From Leptospiraceae bacterium (lineage in GTDB: Bacteria > Spirochaetota > Leptospiria > Leptospirales > Leptonemataceae), in NCBI GenBank assembly GCA_040217195.1, contig JAVJNR010000005.1:352001-416000 (forward strand): a stretch of DNA of 64,000 bases. The letters are read 5' to 3'. Made by a program: the position numbers and the translations under genes. The notes below the pieces were generated by a model. It was not told the DNA's origin. It saw nothing but the letters and a program-made list of their open reading frames with translations, and did not search any database. Shown here in pieces: positions 40,401 through 48,916 of the stretch (positions are counted from its first letter, which is position 1; each line of letters begins with the position of its first letter).

Positions 40401-42859
40401 AAAGATTCAATGCCCGGGATTTAAGGGGTCGGGTTAACTACTATTATCTATCTTCCATTCATTGCTGGACGGAATCCGTTCAAAGTAGAATCCCCCTCTA
40501 TGAACGAGCAACGGATCAATGCCTGGAAACTGGAGATCTTCCTTTCGCAGGACTTTGCATCCTGGAGATGCTTTCCCAGAGAGTCTTGCTATGCAATGAA
40601 CCACTGGATAAACTGGAGGCACTTCTGGAAAGCCATCAGATTCAGGTGGTACGCGCCGGGCAATCCATCCAGGAGCTCTTTGGATTGGTAAGGCAGGGAT
40701 TGCATAGCCTGAAAGGAGCTTCCAGACAGAAGAGTCGACTTCGGGGTGATTATTTCGATGAAAAGAAAGCCCTATCCGCCTGGAAAAGTAGCGGAGCCAA
40801 CCGAAGTCTGTTCTATTTAAGTCTTTATCGCAAATGGCTGGGAGTATTGTTTTTCCATGAGACTTCCAGTGCCCCGGAAGTTTCCGGAAGTGAAGCCCCT
40901 CTTTCCCATTTTGATGCACTATTCCATCAGTACCTGGATGCCATCCAGGCATTGAATACAAAAGGCTCCTCCCGCCCTGAGATCAGCGGACTACTGGAAA
41001 GACTGGCAAATCTGGAACAAAGTTGTCCGGCCAATTTTGCTCCTCTTCGCGCACATCTGGAAGCGGAGGCTTCCTGGAAAAACAACCAGATTCCAGATGC
41101 CATGACAGCATTCGATCGTGCCTGCCAGTGGAGTAATAAATCCGGTCCGGCTATTCTGGCAGGCCTTATCCATGAAAGAGCGGCTCATTTTTATCTTGAG
41201 CTTAAGAAACCAGTCTTTGCATCCATCTATGCGAATAAGGCTCTGAATATCTACCGGAAATTGAAATCCCATGCCCAGATAGAACAGGCAGAACGTCTGC
41301 TGGACGATGTGCGATTGATGCATGAAGGAATCATTCGTGCAGAGAATTTCGCAGAGGAGCCTCTGGAGCAGAGTACGAATTTGTCTGGCCTCAAAGAATC
41401 CGATTCCAGACCGGGCAATGAGTTCAGTGTAACGTCCACGGAAAGCGGTTCCGAACTTGATCTGGAATCTGTAATGAGAACTGCTGCAATTGTATCTTCA
41501 GAAATCGATCTGGATCAACTTCTGCGAAAATTGTTGCAGAGTCTTATGGAGAGTGCCGGTGCCAGAAAAGTAATACTTCTGGAGAAATCGGGCAGCGGAT
41601 ATCAAATAAGAGCTTTTCAGGACGGCGAAAATGCGCCGGAAATCAATACTCTTCGTCAACCAGATCCTCAGAATGATTTCCCTGAATCCCTGGTTCGTTT
41701 CTGCGAAAGAATCCTGAAACCCACATCGCTGGACGATGCGGCCCTGAGCGGAAACTTCACGGAAGACCCCTACATACAGGCCCGAAAAATTTCTTCGGTG
41801 CTGTGCATTCCTGTTCTTCTAAAAGGGGAGGTATCTTCATTGATCTATCTGGAGCATGCTACTACCCGAGGAGCCTTTCCGACCCATCGAGTTCGAGTCT
41901 TGAATCTTCTCGGTGCGCAGATTGCAACATCACTTGAGAATGCTCGACTCTACGAAGATGTGAAAAATGCGCTGCAACAGGAGCAACGCGCCCGAAAGTC
42001 CGAGGAACAAATCAATACCGTAATTCGTCGATTTGTTCCAGATGAATTTCTAAAAATCCTGGGTGTGGAGAATTTCACAGAAATCAGACTGGGCGATAAT
42101 ATCGAAAGGGACATGACCGTTCTGTTTTCAGATATTCGCGCTTTCACCTCTTTGTCTGAATCCATGTCTCCGGAGGAAACATTTCGTTTTATTAATAGTT
42201 ATTTATCCAGGATTGGACCTATAGTTAGAGAAAGCGGAGGATTCATCGATAAATATATTGGCGATGCAGTTATGGCTCTGTTCGAAGAGCCGGACCAGGC
42301 CATTCGAGCAGCCAGAGCCATGATTCTGCAACTGAAACAATACAATGACGATCGTCAGAAAACCGGATATGATCCCGTTCGAATTGGAATAGGTGTGCAT
42401 ACAGGTCCATTGCGCCTGGGCATTATTGGGGAAGAAGGCAGAATTGAAGGTACGGTGATTGGAGATACTGTAAACCTGGCCAGTAGACTGGAAAGCCTGA
42501 ATACCAGATACGGCACATCCATCATAGTCAGTGATTCTACCCAGGAATTCATGAAGGATTCCTCACTTTTTCATTTTAGAGCCCTGGACCGAGTCCGGGT
42601 CAAAGGTAAGAAAAATGAACTGTGGATTCATGAATTAAGGCTAAATCCCTCCTCTGCAAACAATGAGCGGATTTATGATCAGGCTTTAAAGGCCTATCAG
42701 GCTGGATCTCTGGAGGAATGCAAAGAACACTTTCTAAAACTTAGAGCCAATTCGCCCGATGATCCAGTTATAGAGTTCTACCTCCAGCGGCTAAAGCAGT
42801 TAGAAGAGCAGGGAATTCCGGAACACTGGGAAGGCATTGAAAACCTCACAAAAAAATAA
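37478..42859 (+). CDS. Ser/Thr kinase - P-loop ATPase - helical repeat - GAF - class III adenylate/guanylate cyclase
   Basis: HRDIKPQN, DYG, YMAPEQTGR; Walker A GPSGSGKS and Walker B LDDLQWAD; GAF FTEDPYI...SVLCIP...YLEH; cyclase FSDIRAFT, DKYIGDA, GDTVNLASRLE. Confidence 0.93.
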   Translation: MLDPRSLPGYEYQESIYEGADSLIYRARRSADNSPVIVKTGHARQIDTEFRARLRREYSIGSSLPGDIAPYLDFIETAQGPALVMQETGGIPLNQWQPSSLKEMLDGMLRVALALDTVHEAGIVHRDIKPQNIVLDVKNLHPAIIDYGIASHLSSRNDTALQVGRLEGTLLYMAPEQTGRTNRRVDHRSDLYSLGATFFELIAGNPPYPLRDPLQLIHAHLASDCPAIQKDRDGNFVPAVVSDIIQKLMSRDPDARYQTAMGLAQDLKKCLESIEGKNQISPFPLGRLDFPRGLTIPQKLYGRSRELQQIQQCLGTNSGASLVLVTGPSGSGKSSLIQELRRGIAERNGFFLPGKFEPDKKDIPYHAIAQGLTIIVENLLSRSAESVQQWKDLILERLRGNGQTLLELVPTLSQLLGPQPELLELSPEEERVRFKLTILGFLSAFEDMPLVFVLDDLQWADLASLDLMQDLLLESGSNLTILGTYRDNEVNELHPLSRAMESYRLNGIETQTIQLQPLGPRDLRMLLLDTFRMDPADDQADDVNQLADALYKRSEGNPFIARQYLESVYNRGWIRQDRSNGHWHIELARIRTDGLSVSAAELLALRITELDDLKATIEAAACLGNRFSLQLLSGLMEQDVLLTVKQLQELATRDLVYPLNESYKYVGQESDRQSIEKVQYGFSHDRIHEAVLNQIPASKSEELNLKTARLILRESNFQQIQEKIGTLVAHYNRGRNLVQDDDEKLKIAELNVQAGRRERKASAYDEAIIHFGIAQDTLHQRSKKIPAELRLSILRNLGECEYLNGRKVVAQEHFDQILKDSRSLLEKLKVYEFKIAILSSDGHHAEAVGLGLQALKKAGYSVTTLKEAARNSTIKSRTKSSRKFLDLYRKRRKKEPDPESRLIARIMAQTITPAFLTRSDRLDSLVFSLLDLSEKDGPFPETSVALVLLGILNCEYLQDYTSGMEMGQMAQDLVERFNARDLRGRVNYYYLSSIHCWTESVQSRIPLYERATDQCLETGDLPFAGLCILEMLSQRVLLCNEPLDKLEALLESHQIQVVRAGQSIQELFGLVRQGLHSLKGASRQKSRLRGDYFDEKKALSAWKSSGANRSLFYLSLYRKWLGVLFFHETSSAPEVSGSEAPLSHFDALFHQYLDAIQALNTKGSSRPEISGLLERLANLEQSCPANFAPLRAHLEAEASWKNNQIPDAMTAFDRACQWSNKSGPAILAGLIHERAAHFYLELKKPVFASIYANKALNIYRKLKSHAQIEQAERLLDDVRLMHEGIIRAENFAEEPLEQSTNLSGLKESDSRPGNEFSVTSTESGSELDLESVMRTAAIVSSEIDLDQLLRKLLQSLMESAGARKVILLEKSGSGYQIRAFQDGENAPEINTLRQPDPQNDFPESLVRFCERILKPTSLDDAALSGNFTEDPYIQARKISSVLCIPVLLKGEVSSLIYLEHATTRGAFPTHRVRVLNLLGAQIATSLENARLYEDVKNALQQEQRARKSEEQINTVIRRFVPDEFLKILGVENFTEIRLGDNIERDMTVLFSDIRAFTSLSESMSPEETFRFINSYLSRIGPIVRESGGFIDKYIGDAVMALFEEPDQAIRAARAMILQLKQYNDDRQKTGYDPVRIGIGVHTGPLRLGIIGEEGRIEGTVIGDTVNLASRLESLNTRYGTSIIVSDSTQEFMKDSSLFHFRALDRVRVKGKKNELWIHELRLNPSSANNERIYDQALKAYQAGSLEECKEHFLKLRANSPDDPVIEFYLQRLKQLEEQGIPEHWEGIENLTKK

Positions 42860-45389
42860 AAAGCAGATCTCCATTCTATCCCCTCTGGAACTGGGCCCTA
42901 AAGAACTTGAGGGGCTGTATCGCAAGGTTAAGAAAGGAAAAGGTAAGCTGCTGGTTCTGGCTGTTCTTCCCGACAAGCAGAATCTACCGGCCTATTTGAA
43001 TGAACTGAAAGATCGTATTGCAAAGGCAGGATCTGGACTCCGGATTATCTGGTCCAGGGATGTATCTTCGTCCAGGGCCGGTCTGGTCCGAGCGATTCAG
43101 GAAAGTGAGCAATATCAAAGATCGAAAGATCTGCTGGTTCTGGCACCGGAAGATTGGCACAGAACGGATATTCAGGGTCTGGTGGAAGATCTACGCATTT
43201 TCTCAGGACAAAGCCAGGAGTTCAAACCTTCGAAATTAAGCATTAGACTTAAGCTACTATCCATTACCGGTTTAATCGTATCTCTTGCACTGACTGCAAT
43301 GATTGGAATGGCTTCCTTTCTATTTCGAAATCATAGCGAAACTTTGATCCAGGGATATAACCTTTCCCTTGCTCGCCTGGTGGCTGAATCACTGGAAAAG
43401 GATATTCAGGGCATCGAATACCGAAGCGTTGCTTTGCTGGACCGGCTGAAATCAGAAAAACCCACTCTTAATACGGATCCTCTGGAAGAAAAATTAGCAG
43501 AAGAAGGGACCCCGGACAAATCAGTTCAGGACATGTCTACGCAGGAGTCTGACAAGTCGGCCCGGGAAACCAGCGAATCGCAAATGACAGACGAAGCCTC
43601 TACTGAGGCTTCTGAGACTGAAAAACCGGCCCGGGAAAACGGCGAATCGCAAATGACAGACGAAGCCTCTACTGAGTCTTCTGAGGTTGAACCAGGGATC
43701 CAACCCTCGCCGAGCCAGCAGAAAGAGTCCGGAGAAAAAACGGGCCCTGGCGAAGTCAAAGATGAAAAGGAACCGGAGCAATCTGAGCCTCTGGGTCCCG
43801 GTCATAGAGGCTACGAATCGGCGCAGCGATTCTTCCAAGAAAATGAACGATACCTGTATCTATCTGCCATCCAGGGAGCTGATAAATCCGTAGATGTAAA
43901 TCAGGAACTGTACAACGGTGCATTCCTGCAGCAGTACGATTTAAGACCGGAGCAATTCAGACAGCTGCTGCAAGAATGGCCATCCGCATCCCTTCAGGAA
44001 GGGCCGATTCAAATCAGGAGATTCCAGCTGGGTAACGTCCCATTGCTTGGACTTTCCTTTCCAGGAAAGAAAAATCGTGTAATCTTATATCTGGCTGCCG
44101 ATGACTTCTTCCAGTCCTTTCGTAAGGCACGTCAGGCGGGAATCTTTGAGATACATCTGATTTCCGGAGACGGTACAATTCTAATAAGCTCAGAATCCAG
44201 AGGCAGTGAATCTCTGGTCGGTCATTCAATTATCAAAGAGGTTCTTAATAGCACTGTAAATAATGGTTCGCGAAAGTACACCAATGAGGGAAAGGAGTAT
44301 CTGGCCTCCTTTCAAATGCTGGAAGGGCCGGGGCTGACTGTTCTTTCCCACGCAGAAACTGACCTGGTATTTGAAGCAGTTAGAAGAATTGAAAGACAGA
44401 ACCTCTATTTGATGGGAGCAGTCCTGGCATCAGCATTCCTGCTGGTATTTCTATTCGCACGAACTCTTAGCGTTCCAATCACTCGACTGGCCAGGGCCAC
44501 AGGCGCAGTACGTCAGGGCGACTACACAGTTCGCATCCATCCAACTACCAGAGATGAAATCGGCCAGCTTACCTATTCCTTTCTACAGATGACTCGAGGC
44601 TTGCAGGAACGAGAACACATCAAGGATGCTTTCGGAAAATTCGTCAGCCCTGGAATAGCGGAAAAAGCGTTAAGAGGAGAAATCAAACTTGGTGGAGAGA
44701 AAAGAACCGGTACTGTTTTCTTCTCTGATCTGCGAAACTTCACGGCACTATCTGAGAAAAGTCAACCCGAAGAAGTGGTGGATTTCTTGAATCGATATTT
44801 TACAGTCATGGTGGATTGCATCCAGGCCACCGGCGGAATGGTAGATAAGTTCATTGGCGATGCCATTATGGCCCACTGGGGCACACTGGATCCTTCTCAA
44901 ACGGATACGGCCGATGCTGTACGCGCTGCTTTAATGATGCGACGTGCATTGATTGATCTAAACCGGGAGTTCGAAGCAGAAGGTGCCACCGCCCTTCTAT
45001 CTGGATGCGGTATCAACACCGGTCCGGTCATTGCAGGACAGATTGGATCTGAAAAACGTCTTGAGTATACGGTCATCGGTGATACTGTCAATCTGGCCTC
45101 TAGAATTGAGTACTTGAATAAGCTTTTTGGCACCGATATACTGATTTCCTCCTACAGCATGGAAAGGGTGCGAGATCAGTTTGATGCAATTGAAATGCCG
45201 CCTTTAAGAATCAAAGGAAAAAGCCAGCCAGAAACGGTGTATGCAATCCTGGGAGCCATGGACGATCCGAACCGTCCGCGAAGCCTGGAAGAAGTACGGC
45301 AGATGGTGGGTATTGAATTCAATGAAGATCAGGCGCAGATGGAACTTCAAAGATCCAGTGATCAAATGGTACCAAGAGAGAAGAAGTGA
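42837..45389 (+). CDS. Membrane-bound class III adenylate/guanylate cyclase with a periplasmic sensor domain and HAMP
   Basis: Two TMs flanking a large extracytoplasmic domain; HAMP PITRLA...RDEIGQL; FSDLRNFT, DKFIGDA, EYTVIGDTVNLASRIE. The TTG start is uncertain. Confidence 0.92.
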   Translation: MKTSQKNKKQISILSPLELGPKELEGLYRKVKKGKGKLLVLAVLPDKQNLPAYLNELKDRIAKAGSGLRIIWSRDVSSSRAGLVRAIQESEQYQRSKDLLVLAPEDWHRTDIQGLVEDLRIFSGQSQEFKPSKLSIRLKLLSITGLIVSLALTAMIGMASFLFRNHSETLIQGYNLSLARLVAESLEKDIQGIEYRSVALLDRLKSEKPTLNTDPLEEKLAEEGTPDKSVQDMSTQESDKSARETSESQMTDEASTEASETEKPARENGESQMTDEASTESSEVEPGIQPSPSQQKESGEKTGPGEVKDEKEPEQSEPLGPGHRGYESAQRFFQENERYLYLSAIQGADKSVDVNQELYNGAFLQQYDLRPEQFRQLLQEWPSASLQEGPIQIRRFQLGNVPLLGLSFPGKKNRVILYLAADDFFQSFRKARQAGIFEIHLISGDGTILISSESRGSESLVGHSIIKEVLNSTVNNGSRKYTNEGKEYLASFQMLEGPGLTVLSHAETDLVFEAVRRIERQNLYLMGAVLASAFLLVFLFARTLSVPITRLARATGAVRQGDYTVRIHPTTRDEIGQLTYSFLQMTRGLQEREHIKDAFGKFVSPGIAEKALRGEIKLGGEKRTGTVFFSDLRNFTALSEKSQPEEVVDFLNRYFTVMVDCIQATGGMVDKFIGDAIMAHWGTLDPSQTDTADAVRAALMMRRALIDLNREFEAEGATALLSGCGINTGPVIAGQIGSEKRLEYTVIGDTVNLASRIEYLNKLFGTDILISSYSMERVRDQFDAIEMPPLRIKGKSQPETVYAILGAMDDPNRPRSLEEVRQMVGIEFNEDQAQMELQRSSDQMVPREKK
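43558..43685 (+). repeat. In-frame tandem duplication with a 69-bp period (23 aa)
   Basis: cggcccgggaaaccagcgaatcgcaaatgacagacgaagcctctactgaggcttctgag at 43558 and a near-identical copy at 43627. Confidence 0.92.
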
Positions 45390-46930
45390 AGGGCCTCCGA
45401 TTAACAGAGTGGATAACCGTATTTCTTCTGCTATTGTTCATTGTCCTTTTTTCAGCACTCTTTTTCTACGAGCAAAATCGATCCAGCGGCGAAGGCTCGG
45501 GCGAAGAGATCGGAGAACTGAATTTTCGTTATAGAATTGCAGAGAGGAAGTTCAGTGATTCGGTTCTCTGGGATCGAATTAATCCAGGGGACAAACTAAA
45601 AAATCAGGACTGGATTCGCACTGATTCTTATTCAGAGGCCGTCCTTCAACTATCGGACGGTTCCAGAGTTGAAATGGGACCAGAAACCATGCTGGTTCTG
45701 GTAGTAAGTGAAGACAAAAAGGAATTCCAGCTGATGCAGGGATCCGTGGAGCTCGACCTCAAAGATGACTATGACCTTCTTGCCAATAACCAGAAGATTG
45801 AAGGTTTGCAGGGAAAATCTCGCATTCGACTTACCGAAGAAAACCTGGAAGTAGAACAGGACGAAACCACTGCCACTCTAAACGGTGAAAGCCTGCCTTC
45901 CTGGAGTATAATTAAGGAAGGCAAGATTAAATCTGCCAGTAGCGAGCTTACTCTGCTTGCACCGGTGGATACCAGAACTGTAATCGATTCTAAAACAGTC
46001 CAGATTACCTTTCGATGGGCAGGAAGCTGTCCCTGCTCTCTATTTATTCAACCGTCCAGTCCAGAGCAGGCTGCCACCTCCATATCTGACATCAAAGAAA
46101 ACCGATATGAGATGGAGCTTCCTCCCGGAATCTATACATGGTTTGTAAGAAACTCCACGGATGAGTCCGCAAGACGGAGCTTTCGTTTGCTGGAAAGCCA
46201 GCCATTAAAAGCCCTCCATCCTCCTTCGGGTTCAGAGCTTTCCATTGCAGGAGAAGCAGGATTGATTCAATTTTCCTGGGAAGCGCCAGGATTCCAACAG
46301 AGCTTTCGAATTGAGATTGCAAACGATGCAAACCTGAGCGCTCCTATATACTCACGGGTAACCGGACGAAGAAATGCAACATTCTCTCTTCAGCCAGGCG
46401 AATACTACTGGCGAATTACTTCCTTAACAGGAGAAACTGAAGCAGAGGATACTTCCCGGGACGTATCTTCTAAAGTGTTAGCATTTAAAGTTAAGCCTCT
46501 GGAAGAAAAAGATGATGCGATAGCCATAAACCTGAAGGTTAAAAGCCCGGAAGAAATTCGAAAAGAAAAGCAAAAACAAAAGAACAATACGGCCTATACC
46601 CCCGCTCCCTGGCAGTATACTACCTATCCTGTCTTTCCGTCTCCCAATTCGGCAGTGGACATGAGCACCAGAGATTCATTGCTCTTTCGATGGACTCCTG
46701 TGGCTGGAGCCACAAAATATTTGTTCCGTTTGTATCGCGATGACTCAATTCTCATTGAAAGATTCGTCCCCAATCCTTATCTTAACTTCAGAGAGTTAAC
46801 ATTGCTGGATACAGCCTGGTTCGAATGGTCGGTGGAACCAATCTTTGGCAATGGACGGTCAGGAAGTGGATTTCAGCATCGCTTCCAGGTTACTTTGAGT
46901 GAGCAGTTAGATAAACCAGAACTTGAGTAA
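45386..46930 (+). CDS. FecR-domain protein with FN3/Ig-like repeats
   Basis: N-terminal TM; FecR-like WDRINPGDKL...DWIRTDSYSEAVLQLSDGSRVEMGPETML; repeats LPPGIYTW, LQPGEYYWRI. GTGA overlap with the cyclase stop. Confidence 0.85.
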   Translation: MKGLRLTEWITVFLLLLFIVLFSALFFYEQNRSSGEGSGEEIGELNFRYRIAERKFSDSVLWDRINPGDKLKNQDWIRTDSYSEAVLQLSDGSRVEMGPETMLVLVVSEDKKEFQLMQGSVELDLKDDYDLLANNQKIEGLQGKSRIRLTEENLEVEQDETTATLNGESLPSWSIIKEGKIKSASSELTLLAPVDTRTVIDSKTVQITFRWAGSCPCSLFIQPSSPEQAATSISDIKENRYEMELPPGIYTWFVRNSTDESARRSFRLLESQPLKALHPPSGSELSIAGEAGLIQFSWEAPGFQQSFRIEIANDANLSAPIYSRVTGRRNATFSLQPGEYYWRITSLTGETEAEDTSRDVSSKVLAFKVKPLEEKDDAIAINLKVKSPEEIRKEKQKQKNNTAYTPAPWQYTTYPVFPSPNSAVDMSTRDSLLFRWTPVAGATKYLFRLYRDDSILIERFVPNPYLNFRELTLLDTAWFEWSVEPIFGNGRSGSGFQHRFQVTLSEQLDKPELE

Positions 46931-46969
46931 TCGATCCGTAAGGCGTATTCAGCGAATGGATAGAGTGGA

Positions 46970-47896
46970 ATGCGCACCAAAACAAAAAATCAAATTACGC
47001 GACGCTGGACATTCAACCGGTGGATCCATGGGATTTCCGGACTTGCTGTAGCATTGTCCCTATTGGTTTTCTCGGCTGAGCTAAATGCAGAAGCAGTGGA
47101 TCTACGCTGGAAACCTGTACAGGGAAGCTCCGGGTATCTCGTAAGAGTTCAAAAGGAAGATGGTTCGACCACAGACACCCGGATTGGAACCAACCGCGCA
47201 CGGCTGGACCTGGATCCTGGAAATTATGTAATTCGAATCGCAGGTTTGAATAAATTTGGAAAGCCAGGGCCATTCTCGGATCCGGCTAAAGTTACTATTG
47301 AGACTTCCAGCGAAACCAGAACCATTCAAATGGAGGATGCACAACAGGAAACTCTCAGAGAGGAAGGGTCTGAAGACCAGCAAGAACCTTCCCAGCCTTA
47401 CGACTACTCCAGGATTACCTATCCCATGGCTTTGATTCCTGGCTGGATTCAGTACAATCGGGATGAACCCTATAAGCTCTATTTGTTCAACGGTTTACTT
47501 CTGGGCCATGCATACGCATTTCATGTGGAGAAGCAAAGAGGAAATGCACTGTCCCGGGAGGTCTGGAACGACCCCACAAACATCCTTCTGGCCGCCAATG
47601 GTGATCGGGCATTCTTAGGCCTTATGTGGTTCAGACGCTCCGCAGAGAATCAAAAGTACGCAAACAGCCAGTTCAATCAGAAAGCACTGGCAACCTCTGC
47701 AGGAATCATCTATATACTTCATTTTGTGGATCTTTATTTCTTTTCCACTCCAGTGAGCCCATCGCAGGCATCGCAAGAGGGATTCTCCCTGGATCTGTTT
47801 GCCATAGATACGTCCCCGCCCCCATTTTCTGAAAAACCTGAAGCTCTCTTCGCCCCGGATATGCAGGCTAGAATCCAATGGAGGATGCATTTCTAA
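46970..47896 (+). CDS. Secreted/outer-membrane hypothetical protein; paralog of 1127-2485
   Basis: Signal peptide; FN3-like LRWKPVQGSSGY...LDPGNYVIRIAGLNKFGKPG; ALIPGWIQY; aromatic C-terminus WRMHF. Confidence 0.7.
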   Translation: MRTKTKNQITRRWTFNRWIHGISGLAVALSLLVFSAELNAEAVDLRWKPVQGSSGYLVRVQKEDGSTTDTRIGTNRARLDLDPGNYVIRIAGLNKFGKPGPFSDPAKVTIETSSETRTIQMEDAQQETLREEGSEDQQEPSQPYDYSRITYPMALIPGWIQYNRDEPYKLYLFNGLLLGHAYAFHVEKQRGNALSREVWNDPTNILLAANGDRAFLGLMWFRRSAENQKYANSQFNQKALATSAGIIYILHFVDLYFFSTPVSPSQASQEGFSLDLFAIDTSPPPFSEKPEALFAPDMQARIQWRMHF

Positions 47897-48609
47897 TGAA
47901 AAATTCAAAGCAACCCATATTCAGGAAATTCCGGGGCCTCCAGAATCGGTGCAATCGGGCCCTTTCCATCTTTATAATTGGACCAATGCTATTGTTCGGT
48001 CAGTGCTCTGAAGCCTTTCCAGAGATGGATGGCCTGGATGCAGTGCTTCTGAGCAATTCTTTGAAGAAGTATTTATTTGCGACTCAGTCTACATACCCTG
48101 GAACATTAAAACGCACTACTGATGCCAACGGAATTGAAGGCGCAGATGCAATCTGTGCATTTGAAAAATTCACGAACTTCTCACAGCTTCCTGGAGCGGA
48201 CAATGAATACAGGGCACTGCTTGTAAGCGATCATCGTCGGGCATGCACCAGTGCGAATTGTAATTCAGGAGGCAGCTCCGAGCACCTGGACTGGGTACTT
48301 ACTCCCAACACAAGCTATTACAATCCAGACGACCAGTTTCTGTTTACTACGAATTCAAATTCAGTACTGGATCTTTCCACCACGCCTCTGAGCCGGGTGC
48401 TCACAACCACCGTGGCATTCTACTGGACTGGATTCGAATCCACCGGCGACTGGAGAACCAGTACTGTTCCGGAAACCTGCGGCAACTGGAACACTGGGGG
48501 CACTGGAATGAGAGGAGATGCTAGCACCACAGGACCTACAGCGCTGGGAGACTTTGGACAGGACTCGCTATGCGGCACAGCCCATGCCCTCATCTGTGTT
48601 CGACGCTAA
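47896..48609 (+). CDS. DUF1554 (Len/endostatin-like) domain putative lipoprotein
   Basis: GIEGADAIC, YRALLVSDHRRAC, DWVLTPNTSYY, YWTG, CGNW, LICV. TAATG overlap with the previous stop. Confidence 0.8.
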   Translation: MKNSKQPIFRKFRGLQNRCNRALSIFIIGPMLLFGQCSEAFPEMDGLDAVLLSNSLKKYLFATQSTYPGTLKRTTDANGIEGADAICAFEKFTNFSQLPGADNEYRALLVSDHRRACTSANCNSGGSSEHLDWVLTPNTSYYNPDDQFLFTTNSNSVLDLSTTPLSRVLTTTVAFYWTGFESTGDWRTSTVPETCGNWNTGGTGMRGDASTTGPTALGDFGQDSLCGTAHALICVRR

Positions 48610-48916
48610 CCAATAGATACGATAGATACGATGGAATGTGCTTTTCAAGCAGAACCATTCCATCCGGGGAACACTATCTGGCATCTTTGGATAATTTAGA
48701 ATTAGCAGGTCATCCGCTACAGCACTAAACCTGCTACATAGTAGCGTCAGCACCTACAAAAAAGGCAAGGAATCCGCAGTTCGAACTGTTTTCCCCGACA
48801 TCGGCAGCCAGACAGTAACTTTTTGACGGATTGGATTTCTGACGGACTGAAATTTTGAAGCCCGGACAGTATAATTCAATACCTGCCAGGGCTCACTCAT
48901 ACTTAAGCGTTGCCGA

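Noticed and set aside
43558..43685. Tandem repeat considered as a CRISPR array or IS end
   Set aside because: Two in-frame coding copies, no unique spacers, and no cas or transposase gene nearby.
48610..48916. Short ORFs and a tiny atagatacg duplication between convergent genes
   Set aside because: Only two 9-nt copies with no spacer structure; the ORFs are short and featureless. Not CRISPR.
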